A program made the position numbers and the translations under genes. The notes under the pieces are model-generated. The model saw only the letters and a program-made list of their open reading frames with translations, was not told the origin of the DNA and searched no databases. From a virus, in the IMG/VR virus record IMGVR_UViG_3300031257_000001, positions 32,001 to 96,000 of that record: a DNA stretch of 64,000 bases. The stretch is one strand, 5' to 3'. Below, one piece after another: positions 39,781 through 48,355 of this stretch; within the stretch, counting starts at the first letter, position 1; the number at the start of each line of letters is the position of its first letter.

Positions 39781-39863
39781 AAAAGTTCTTGCCGTGTAAG
39801 CAGTAGCACGCTATGGTCATCTTGTTGCTGAATGACGGCTGTGAGCCGCAACCTGGAGATCAG
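39781..39863 (+). promoter_or_regulatory. Sigma70-like promoter and leader of the MoxR gene
   Basis: TTGCCG-N17-TATGGT (39789-39817), A-tract upstream, hairpin, then AACCTGGAGATCAG RBS. Confidence 0.65.
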
Positions 39864-39865
39864 AG

Positions 39866-41050
39866 ATGAGCGTACGCAACGAAGCGCTAGATGACAAGGG
39901 CCGCGAGCGAGTTCAGTGCCTGCGCTGCAAGGCCAACGGCGTGGTGTCGTACTATCACCGTCTTCAGAAGCACCTACAGACATCGCACGGCATGTCGCTG
40001 GACGAGTATGAAGTCCACCACCCCGGAGCGCCGGTGAAGTCATCGACTGCGGAGCGCGCAGACCAGCGCGCCAAGAAGGCAAAGGCCGACATCCATCCGA
40101 AGCCCACCGCGGACGACACGCACGCTGACGACGGCGAGGACCCAGTGTACACGTTCGGTTGCGCGCACATCGTGGGACGGGTTGACCTCGATGGTGATGA
40201 CAAGTCACACGTCCCACATCATGACGAAGGGTGGAATGTCGGAGCGTCTGAGCAAGCCAGCCTTGAGGCGCTTGCCCTCGGAATCGAGACCAACCAGAAT
40301 GTTCTCATCGTGGGGCCTCCTGGCGTCGGCAAGAGTACGCTTGCCCGGGAGCTGGCCGCCATCGCCAACGCTCCGCTGCGTTACTTGCCCATCAACGGCG
40401 AGATGCGCACAGATGATCTCATGGGCGGCGACCAGCTGCTGGTAGACAAGGAGACAGGCCAGACTGTCACCCAGAACGTGGATGGGCCGTTGCCGGAGGC
40501 CGGTGAGCGTGGCCATTGGGTCCTGTTCGATGAGTTCGACAGCCTCCCGAGCCACGTGGGATTCATCCTGCACGGAGTGCTGGAGGCGGAACGGAAGCTC
40601 ACGCGCGCCAACGGGAATCGGGTGGAGTTCAGCGAGCACTTCCGCGTCATCGCCACTGCCAACACCCTCGGGTTGGGCGATGACACAGGACAGTTCGCTG
40701 GGACGGCGCCGATGAACCGCGCGTTGCTCGACCGGTTCGGCATCGTCATCAGGGTGGGCTTCCCGGAGCAGGAGGATGAGATTGAGATGCTTGTCAGGAA
40801 GGCCGGCTTGCGTCGCAACGTGGCGGAGAACATGGTCAAGATCGCGCGCCAAGTTCGTGAGGCCGTTGCCAACGATACCACCAATGCCGACCTCAGTCCG
40901 CGCCGGCTTTTGATGTGGGCTACCACCACCAAGAAGATGGGCGGGAACGTGGTCAAAGCGGCCCGCTACACTATCATCAACCGCCTGTCCAAAGAGGATG
41001 GCGACTTTGTCTCAGGTCTCATTCAGCGCACGTTCGGGGGGACGCCATGA
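39866..41050 (+). CDS. MoxR/CobS-like AAA+ ATPase with N-terminal zinc finger
   Basis: CLRC...H...H, GPPGVGKS, LFDEFD, FRVIATANT and ALLDRF motifs. Confidence 0.9.
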   Translation: MSVRNEALDDKGRERVQCLRCKANGVVSYYHRLQKHLQTSHGMSLDEYEVHHPGAPVKSSTAERADQRAKKAKADIHPKPTADDTHADDGEDPVYTFGCAHIVGRVDLDGDDKSHVPHHDEGWNVGASEQASLEALALGIETNQNVLIVGPPGVGKSTLARELAAIANAPLRYLPINGEMRTDDLMGGDQLLVDKETGQTVTQNVDGPLPEAGERGHWVLFDEFDSLPSHVGFILHGVLEAERKLTRANGNRVEFSEHFRVIATANTLGLGDDTGQFAGTAPMNRALLDRFGIVIRVGFPEQEDEIEMLVRKAGLRRNVAENMVKIARQVREAVANDTTNADLSPRRLLMWATTTKKMGGNVVKAARYTIINRLSKEDGDFVSGLIQRTFGGTP

Positions 41051-41100
41051 GGCTCCTGTTCAACTTCCACAGTCTGAAGAAAGTTCCAACTGTGCCATCG

Positions 41101-41177
41101 AAAGTTCTAGCCCTCTCATCAAAAACGCGGTAGATGTAGAGGGTGGCGTTGGCGAGACGCCACAACCTGGAGATCAG
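41101..41177 (+). promoter_or_regulatory. Second copy of the promoter/leader, upstream of the vWA gene
   Basis: AAAGTTC-TAGCCC-N17-TAGATG, GTGGCGT...ACGCCAC hairpin, AACCTGGAGATCAG. Confidence 0.55.
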
Positions 41178-41181
41178 CAGA

Positions 41182-43269
41182 ATGAAAACAGCGAAGCGCT
41201 ACCAGATTCCAGCAGAACTGCGCGGTCTGGTCGGCCCCTTCACCAAGATTGCGCGCGCGTTGAGTCGCAACCACCGCATCGAGGTCATCCCGTCCGGGAC
41301 CCGGTGCGCGACCGATTGCCGCGGCCGCATCTGGATTCCGTTCAACGCCGACAAGCTCACCCCGGGCCTGCGCCAGAAGATGAATGGGATGCTCGACCAC
41401 GAGACGGCGCACGTGGCTGAAGAGCGCGAGGCTCGCGAAGCCGGCCAACTCACCGCCCATGAGATCATGCACTCGGAGCGGAACAAGACCGTCAAGATGC
41501 TGATCAACGTGTTCGAGGACATCAGGATTGAGCGCAAATGGGCTGAGCGCTACCCTGGAATGGCACAGAACCTCAGCGCCCTCAACGAGCAAACGGTGGA
41601 GCTGTTCGAGCGTCGCCATGGCTCTGGCGGGAACGCTTGGCACCAGGTTGGTTGCGCTATCATCTGCGCCGCGCGCGGACTGGGATGTGGTTGGCTCAAG
41701 CCTGAGCTTCAGCCGTACTTTGAGCGTTGCGAACAGTTCGTGGAGCGTTGCCCCGAGATGGTCTGGCCGGCGGATGCGCAACGACTCGCACAGGAAGCCC
41801 ATGCAGAGTTGCTAACGCTGGCCGAAGAACAGAAGCGCCAGGCTGAAGAGGAACGCAAGCGACGAGAACACGAGGATGATGACGAGGGTGACGAGGAGCC
41901 CGAGGGCGATGATGAGTCCGAGGGTGACGATGAGTCCGAGGGTGACGATGAGTCCGAGGGCGATGATGAGTCCGAGGGTGACGAGGACGATGACGATGGC
42001 GGCTCGTCCAGCGAGGATGACGACGCTGGTGGGGATGGTAACGAGCCTGGACCCTCGGATGATGACGATGAGGACGATGCAGACGATGGCAGCGAGGATG
42101 AGCCTGATGGTAGCGGTGATGGCGCTGGCGAGGGCCTGGGCGAGCTAGATGACGAGGACGGCGAGCCCGAAGATGATGGCGAGGCGGAGGCTGATGGCGA
42201 GGCGGAGGCTGATGGTGAAGGCGATGAGGGCGACATCGATCCTGACGACATGGCCGCCGGCGCCGATGAGATTCTGGAGTCCGATGCTGACGATGAAGAT
42301 CTGATTGGCGCCATGCGCGACGACATAGCAGAGCAGACGGACGTGGAGGCCAGCGACGGCGCCCACTACATCCCGCACCCCGCCCTGACCGACATGGACG
42401 GGTACGCCACCGAGGGCGAGATTGTTCGCAGGGGCGATGAGAAGACAGCCAGGGAGGCCCGTGATGAGGTGAGAGAGCAGGTCAGCACGCTCCGAGCCAA
42501 GCAGCTTGCCTACCTTCAGACGGTCACCCGGACGAAGCGCCGTTGCGCACTTCGAGCCGGACGGCTGGATCGCAAGGCGCTGACCAAGGCGCGCATGGGT
42601 TCTGACCAGGTGTTTACCGACACCCGCAAAAACAGAGACTTGGACACAGCCATCGAGGTTTTGGTGGACATGTCTGGCTCGATGGGTCTGAATACACACC
42701 ACACTTGTGCTGCGTACTACGCAATGCGCTGTGCGGTCGCCCTCGCAGAAGCGTGGGAAGGGCTGAGCATCCCTTGTGAGTTCACCGGCTTCTGGAACAT
42801 CTCGCGCTACCCACCGCCTGATGAGCGGTTCGTGTGTCGAGGCGCCCTGCGCTACTTCATGATCAAAGGTTGGGATGAGAAGGTGTCCAAGACGCTCCCG
42901 AGATTCGGCGCCATCAAAGGGAAGGGCGACAACACAGATGGCGAGGCTGTGCTCCATGCGGCTCGTCGCCTTGCCTCACGCCGCGAGAAGCGCAAGATCC
43001 TGGTGGTCATCTCCGACGGCTTCCCGGCCGCTGCCAGGACCGACTCTGAACAGCTCAACGATCACCTCCGCGAAGTGGTCAAGATGATCACCTCATCAGG
43101 CATCGAGGTTCTGGGGATTGGCGCTGGCACCGACGCGCCCCGCCACTTCTACAACCAGGACACCGGAGCCAGGAATGTTGTAATCAGGGACATGAACTTG
43201 CTGGCGATCAGCGTGTTCAGGGCCATGAAGGAGATGCTGGCAGCGCACGAGGGGAGGGCCGCGGCATGA
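41182..43269 (+). CDS. CobT-like vWA-domain protein with HExxH N-terminus and acidic linker
   Basis: DHETAH, NVFEDIRIE, VDMSGSM (MIDAS), DGEA and VISDGFP motifs. Confidence 0.88.
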   Translation: MKTAKRYQIPAELRGLVGPFTKIARALSRNHRIEVIPSGTRCATDCRGRIWIPFNADKLTPGLRQKMNGMLDHETAHVAEEREAREAGQLTAHEIMHSERNKTVKMLINVFEDIRIERKWAERYPGMAQNLSALNEQTVELFERRHGSGGNAWHQVGCAIICAARGLGCGWLKPELQPYFERCEQFVERCPEMVWPADAQRLAQEAHAELLTLAEEQKRQAEEERKRREHEDDDEGDEEPEGDDESEGDDESEGDDESEGDDESEGDEDDDDGGSSSEDDDAGGDGNEPGPSDDDDEDDADDGSEDEPDGSGDGAGEGLGELDDEDGEPEDDGEAEADGEAEADGEGDEGDIDPDDMAAGADEILESDADDEDLIGAMRDDIAEQTDVEASDGAHYIPHPALTDMDGYATEGEIVRRGDEKTAREARDEVREQVSTLRAKQLAYLQTVTRTKRRCALRAGRLDRKALTKARMGSDQVFTDTRKNRDLDTAIEVLVDMSGSMGLNTHHTCAAYYAMRCAVALAEAWEGLSIPCEFTGFWNISRYPPPDERFVCRGALRYFMIKGWDEKVSKTLPRFGAIKGKGDNTDGEAVLHAARRLASRREKRKILVVISDGFPAAARTDSEQLNDHLREVVKMITSSGIEVLGIGAGTDAPRHFYNQDTGARNVVIRDMNLLAISVFRAMKEMLAAHEGRAAA
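41902..41982 (+). repeat. 18-bp coding tandem repeat (EGDDES x4)
   Basis: GAGGGYGAYGATGAGTCC repeated four times. Confidence 0.9.
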
Positions 43270-44291
43270 GTGTTGACAACATCACCATGCGCGACTTGTA
43301 CCCGGAGCTGGAGGCAAGCCTGCGTCCTACCATGCTTCAAATGGCGCAGCAGTTCGCCCCGTCGCTGGGGATGGACGTGGACGATGCGATGCAGGAGGCC
43401 CGCATCGCCATCCACCTCGCGTTCCAATCGTATGACTATAACCGGAGTCACGGTGGGATCAGGGCTTTCGCGCGCCAGGTGATCAAGCACACATTCTGTG
43501 GGTTGGCCTATGCGGCAGCGACTCGGGCCCGCTGCCCACACACAGTGTACACGGACGACTCCGGACAATCACAAGTTGTGAAACACCGCAAGCTCGCATC
43601 GCTGGAGGACTTGCTTGAGTCAGGTGGCTTGCAATGGCCGTTGAGCATGGAGTGTGAAGCGGAAGCCGAATTGGACACCCACCGTATCGCCGACAGGCTC
43701 ATGGTCCTTCGGATGCGGTTGTACAATCAATTGGGCCCACAGGAACAGCAGGTGTTCCGCCTTAAGGCTCGGCCCCCGGAAGCGTTCTTGGTGTTCCTAC
43801 GCAACATCGGTGTGGACGCGGCCGATGTGAATCACAAGCACATTGCGCGCTATCTTGGCACCACCAAGAATTCAGTGGACTACTCGTTGCTCAAGATTCG
43901 AGGCGACTTCAGGCGCCTTGCTGAGCATGAATTCAGCGACCTTGTGGCAGACCTGATAAGAGACGGGGATTGGCCGATGGTTCACGTCAGCAACAACCCG
44001 AACGATGCCGCATTTGTGCGACAAGTCATACAGTCCAGAAAGCTGGACCCGCGTCCACTTCCACAACGTCGGGACATCAGGATCGGGTTAAGTGTCGGCC
44101 GGATCATCGAACGTTATCACTGGGGCGCCGTGCTCCACCTCAAGCTCCGCGACCACCGGGCGACCGTGGTTGTGGAAGGACGGTTCAACGAGAATACCGG
44201 GGATGTGTTTGGCCAACACGGCATCTGGAAGCCGATCACAGAGGATGTTCCCTGGTACAAGACCCTGGTCCAGGAGATTGATCGACCATGA
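43266..44291 (+). CDS. Sigma70-like factor with C-terminal extension
   Basis: DVDDAMQEARIA....F..YD (region 2); L...EQQVF.L and HKHIARYLG.T..SV...L.KIR (region 4 HTH). Confidence 0.7.
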   Translation: MSVDNITMRDLYPELEASLRPTMLQMAQQFAPSLGMDVDDAMQEARIAIHLAFQSYDYNRSHGGIRAFARQVIKHTFCGLAYAAATRARCPHTVYTDDSGQSQVVKHRKLASLEDLLESGGLQWPLSMECEAEAELDTHRIADRLMVLRMRLYNQLGPQEQQVFRLKARPPEAFLVFLRNIGVDAADVNHKHIARYLGTTKNSVDYSLLKIRGDFRRLAEHEFSDLVADLIRDGDWPMVHVSNNPNDAAFVRQVIQSRKLDPRPLPQRRDIRIGLSVGRIIERYHWGAVLHLKLRDHRATVVVEGRFNENTGDVFGQHGIWKPITEDVPWYKTLVQEIDRP

Positions 44292-45133
44292 CTGAGAAAC
44301 GCAAGATGCCACCGTGCCTAGGTGGCTATGAGAACAAGGACAAGATCTGCGACGGCAACCCCAAGGCAAAGGACGAGGGTGAGCATGCTCCATGCCTGTT
44401 CCGCGACCGCTGTGTTGGGTTCCAATGCCTGCTCAAGGATCTGGCAGCCGCCGGCAAGCCTGGCGACGCTGAGGACTACTTGTCGGTCAAGAAGGTGGAC
44501 GGTGAGGAATTTGCATTTGCCAAGAAGAGTGGCGATGCATTGGAGCTAGCCATCGACAAGCGCATCGCCAAGTATGGCGTCAAGGATGGCAAGATCACCG
44601 TCCCGAGGGGCCGCAAAGAGAAGCCTTCCAAGAAGGCCCCTGCTGCCAGCAAGAAGGCATCTGCAAAAGGCGCTGTGCAAGAGTCCAAGGAGCCCGACGA
44701 ATCAGCAGACGATGCCAGGGAGCTGTGCGCTTGGTTCACATCTAAGCTGCAAGAAGCAACCGGGCGGGCCGTCCACGACCTCCCCGGCGACTGCGAGGCC
44801 GGCGAGCTGTTCATCATCGATCGGCATGAGAAGTCCAACTATGCCGCGGTTTATGCCAGGGGCGACGTGAGTCACAAGGTGGCTGTGGCCTCGATGTACC
44901 CGAACCGCCGGACAGGGACGCTGCAGATCAGGGTGGCGGCGCCATTCGAGGCGTTCATGAAGGGGTTGTCCAAGGCGTCACGCTCCGCATTGGAGCCGGA
45001 GGATTACACCGGCAAGGACGGCCGGTTCAGGGTGCGCATCAGCGGCCTGGACAAGGAGGGCGCTTCCATTGTCGCTGAATCCGTGTCCGCTGCCATCAGC
45101 AGCGGTATCATCAACTTGCCTGGGATTAGCTGA
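44288..45133 (+). CDS. Hypothetical protein with N-terminal Cys cluster
   Basis: PPCLG.Y....C...PC.FRDRC; ATGA coupling. Confidence 0.65.
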   Translation: MTEKRKMPPCLGGYENKDKICDGNPKAKDEGEHAPCLFRDRCVGFQCLLKDLAAAGKPGDAEDYLSVKKVDGEEFAFAKKSGDALELAIDKRIAKYGVKDGKITVPRGRKEKPSKKAPAASKKASAKGAVQESKEPDESADDARELCAWFTSKLQEATGRAVHDLPGDCEAGELFIIDRHEKSNYAAVYARGDVSHKVAVASMYPNRRTGTLQIRVAAPFEAFMKGLSKASRSALEPEDYTGKDGRFRVRISGLDKEGASIVAESVSAAISSGIINLPGIS

Positions 45134-45150
45134 TCTCCGGGTGAGGGCAG

Positions 45151-45215
45151 GGCGCCCTCCGTCGCTGTGTTCCGTTTCCACAGCACACTCTCGCCAGTGT
45201 CTGACGGAGGGCGCC
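45151..45215 (+). ncRNA. Putative structured leader RNA (three-way junction)
   Basis: Perfect 13-bp P1 enclosing 6-bp and 5-bp hairpins. Confidence 0.5.
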
Positions 45216-45238
45216 AGGCCCGCTTTCACGAGGGTCCC

Positions 45239-46225
45239 ATGAAGGTCGCCATCGTCGGTGGGGGCATGAGCGGTTTGGTTGCCGCGTATGTCTTCCAGCA
45301 GTACCGTGACATCAGCGTCACCATCTACGAGCCGGGCCGCCCGGGCGTAGCGTTCCTCGCCGGCGGGCTGAAGTACATCCACCGGACGGATGAGACGGTT
45401 CAGATGCTCCACGACCACAGCGTGGTCTTCACCAACTACACCGTCCGTGGAGGGATCTTGCTCCATGGGACTGTCGAGCAGTATCCCGGTTGCTTCTCTG
45501 GAATGCAGCCAGAACGTTCCAAGCGGATCCAGGAGGATCATTGGCGCAAGACTCGGCACACAGAGCCGGGTGACTTCAGCCTCCGCTCGATGAACGATCC
45601 GGAAGCCAGCGGGCCGCGCCGGGCCCTCCGGTGCGCGCTCAACGAACTGGTGGACGCGATGCTTGCCGATGTTCATGTCAGACCGGAGGCCATCAAGCGC
45701 ATCGAGCCCAACAGGCTGATTGGCAGGACTGGGCAGCCGTATGGATTCCACTACGCCATCGTCACCATTCCCCTCTGGATTGTGCGGTGCATGGTGGATT
45801 GGCACATCCCCGAGGCGTATGCGATGAAGCTCAACGTGGTCACGGCAGAGCCGCTTCGCGACCCGTTCGCCAGGTGGGACTACGTGTACACGCCATACAC
45901 GCCGGCGAGCCTCATCCACCGCATCTCACCGACTGAGAATGGCTACAGTTGTGAGTTCAACGGGGCTTGGGAGGAAGGCGCAACCAATGACCGTGTCGCC
46001 TCTGATCTGAACTTCCTGTTCCCATCAGGTTGGGTGATCAACGACGTGAAGCGGAATCTGAGCGGGCATCTTCTTCCGCTCCCGGAGCGACCCAAGTGGC
46101 CAGACAACATCAAGCCTCTGGGCCGCTTCACACGATGGGAACCGAGGGCCACGACGGACGCCACACTGCGCGACGCACATAAGCTGGCGCAGGAGTGGGG
46201 ATGGGAGCTCAAGAGGATTGACTGA
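45239..46225 (+). CDS. FAD-dependent oxidoreductase (UDP-galactopyranose mutase/HemY-like fold)
   Basis: MKVAIVGGGMSGL Rossmann motif, VTIPL, C-terminal LGRFTRW. Confidence 0.8.
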   Translation: MKVAIVGGGMSGLVAAYVFQQYRDISVTIYEPGRPGVAFLAGGLKYIHRTDETVQMLHDHSVVFTNYTVRGGILLHGTVEQYPGCFSGMQPERSKRIQEDHWRKTRHTEPGDFSLRSMNDPEASGPRRALRCALNELVDAMLADVHVRPEAIKRIEPNRLIGRTGQPYGFHYAIVTIPLWIVRCMVDWHIPEAYAMKLNVVTAEPLRDPFARWDYVYTPYTPASLIHRISPTENGYSCEFNGAWEEGATNDRVASDLNFLFPSGWVINDVKRNLSGHLLPLPERPKWPDNIKPLGRFTRWEPRATTDATLRDAHKLAQEWGWELKRID

Positions 46226-47228
46226 TTGGACCAGAGGCAAACACCCGTGCGGGTGTGAGATGGACATGCGGCTGAAGTGCGTGAAGCACTGCGGTGGCCA
46301 CGGAATTCCGCCGGATCAACCCGCAAGTGATGCGTTCGGCGTGATGTGGGATGAGCAATCCGGTCAGCAACGCGAGTTGGGCTTGGATCCGGAGCATTTG
46401 GATGATGTAGAGCGCGGCCGAGTCATCACCGACATCGTGGCCCAGGCACATGAAGAGGTGTCTGAGTTAGGTCGGCTCAGTTCCGCTTACAAGCGCCATC
46501 TCCTGTCTCGACCTCGAACGGACCCGGCCATGGTCGCTGAGGAAGTGGCAGACGTGCTCAAGTGCGCCATCGCGGCCGCCCAAACGTTCGGCCTCACCTC
46601 GTTGGACGTGGTGGAGGCTTTCTCGCGCAAGACAATGACAGTCTCGGAGCGGGCCCGGCAAGAGCGTGTCCGGCTTGAACAAGAGACGCCAATCCTGTGT
46701 TTCGACTTGGACGATGTCATCTGTGACTTGTCGCCATGGCGGCAGGAGCTTGACGGCGGGATTGACGTGGATGCCCCGCCGGCGGACAAGCTCGCCTCCG
46801 CCGAACGTCTCAAGGAACAGTTCTATGAGGGCGGACGATTCCGTGAGATGGAACCAGTTCCTGGCGCCAGAGAGGCGTTGGGGCGGTTCACCTCGGAAGG
46901 CTTCCACATCATCATCATGACGGCCCGTCCTCAGTGGCAGTACAAGCGGCTGTACGGCGACACGGTTGAGTGGCTGCTGGAACACGGGATCCCGTTCCAC
47001 CGGATCATGTTCAACAAGGACAAGGTGGAAGCGGTGTACCAACACCTGGTTCCGGGCTGGCCAATGTTCTTCGTGGAGGACCACGAACGAAACATCAAGG
47101 CGTTGGCTTCAGTGGGGATCCATGTACTTGTGTATAATCAGAAGCACAACGAAGGAATCCAGGACACCGAGAACACCACGCGCGTGTACGATTGGCGTGA
47201 GATTGAAAGGATTGTGTTGGGGACATGA
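46218..47228 (+). CDS. MazG-like NTP pyrophosphohydrolase fused to HAD 5'(3')-deoxynucleotidase
   Basis: EEVSEL...EEVADV (MazG); FDLDDV, TARP and VEDH (HAD). Confidence 0.82.
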   Translation: MTDWTRGKHPCGCEMDMRLKCVKHCGGHGIPPDQPASDAFGVMWDEQSGQQRELGLDPEHLDDVERGRVITDIVAQAHEEVSELGRLSSAYKRHLLSRPRTDPAMVAEEVADVLKCAIAAAQTFGLTSLDVVEAFSRKTMTVSERARQERVRLEQETPILCFDLDDVICDLSPWRQELDGGIDVDAPPADKLASAERLKEQFYEGGRFREMEPVPGAREALGRFTSEGFHIIIMTARPQWQYKRLYGDTVEWLLEHGIPFHRIMFNKDKVEAVYQHLVPGWPMFFVEDHERNIKALASVGIHVLVYNQKHNEGIQDTENTTRVYDWREIERIVLGT

Positions 47229-48355
47229 CAAGCTACTTGATGAGGACGCTCGACCGATATCCAATCCAGTTCGCCTCCGGCGACGGCTCGTGGTTGGTCA
47301 CTCCGGATGACGAGAGCTATCTGGACTGGTTCACAGACGTGGGGACCGCTTCATTGGGCTACGGATCGCAGGAGGCACGGACGGCGATGGGGCGGATGGT
47401 CAGCAGCAGAATCCCATTCCACACGCCCAACTTGTTCGGGTGCCCAGAGCGCGAGCGGGCCGCGGAGCGCCTGTGCAAGGCGACTGGGATGGAAAGGGCA
47501 TTCTTCTGTAACAGCGGAGCTGAATCCGTTGAGGCAGCCATCAAGCTCGCCCGTCTCAACACCCACAACAAGCTGGTCGCAGCGGTTGTGGGCTCGTTCC
47601 ACGGCAGAACCTATGGGGCGCTGGCATCCGGCGACGGCGGGAAGCACCACTATGAAGGGTTCGGACCGCTGCCAGGGATGTTCGTACATTGGGAGCCGCC
47701 CGAGATGCCTCCGCCTGAAGTTGGGATCGTCATCATTGCTCCCATCTTCGGAAACAACGACGTCCAAGTGTACGGCGCATGGTTGAAGAGGCTTCAACGT
47801 TGGTGCCAACAGGTCAACATCCTGCTCATCTTCGATGAGGTCCAGACAGGCTCTTGCCGGGCCTCCGGAACCATGAGTTATTCGCACCACATCGGAGTGC
47901 TCCCTGACATCCTCTGCTTGGCTAAGGGTGTGGCCATGGGAGCGCCTGTCGGGGTCACCCTATCACGCAACGGGTTGGACTTCAGCCCCGGAAGCCACTT
48001 CAGCACGTTTGGCGGTGGACCGCTGTCAGCGGTGATGGTGAACGCGATGATCGACTGGTCCGAGAAGCACCAGCAGACCGTCGGGACCGTTGGGCGCTTC
48101 ATCCGCAGGCGGTTGAAGGAGCGTAAATGGGCCAAGAATGTACGTGGCGAGGGGATGCTCATCGCGTTTGATTGGGATGGCGATTGCTTGGGATTGGCAG
48201 CCGCCGCCTTTGAGGAGCGCCTGCTCATCGGGGCGTTTCGCCGGGGCCCGGGCCCGATCAAGATCACACCGCCGTTGAACATCGTTCCGGCAGATATCAA
48301 GTTCGGGTTTGAAGCGCTTGATCGTGCTGTGGCGAGGTCAGAGGGTGCTTCCTGA
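47225..48355 (+). CDS. Class III PLP aminotransferase (ArgD/ornithine aminotransferase-like)
   Basis: NSGAESVEAAIKLAR, FHGRT, FDEVQTG, LAKG and STFGG motifs. Confidence 0.92.
   Translation: MTSYLMRTLDRYPIQFASGDGSWLVTPDDESYLDWFTDVGTASLGYGSQEARTAMGRMVSSRIPFHTPNLFGCPERERAAERLCKATGMERAFFCNSGAESVEAAIKLARLNTHNKLVAAVVGSFHGRTYGALASGDGGKHHYEGFGPLPGMFVHWEPPEMPPPEVGIVIIAPIFGNNDVQVYGAWLKRLQRWCQQVNILLIFDEVQTGSCRASGTMSYSHHIGVLPDILCLAKGVAMGAPVGVTLSRNGLDFSPGSHFSTFGGGPLSAVMVNAMIDWSEKHQQTVGTVGRFIRRRLKERKWAKNVRGEGMLIAFDWDGDCLGLAAAAFEERLLIGAFRRGPGPIKITPPLNIVPADIKFGFEALDRAVARSEGAS

Noticed and set aside
41047-41133. 28-aa ORF between MoxR and vWA genes
   Set aside because: No features, and it overlaps the putative promoter, so probably non-coding.
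39866-43269. Cobalamin biosynthesis (cobS/cobT) auxiliary genes
   Set aside because: No cobN or other cob genes; generic phage MoxR-vWA pair.
45151-45215. tRNA gene
   Set aside because: Only two internal arms, 13-bp closing stem, no T-loop/D-loop consensus or CCA. No tRNA or rRNA was recognised anywhere in the window.
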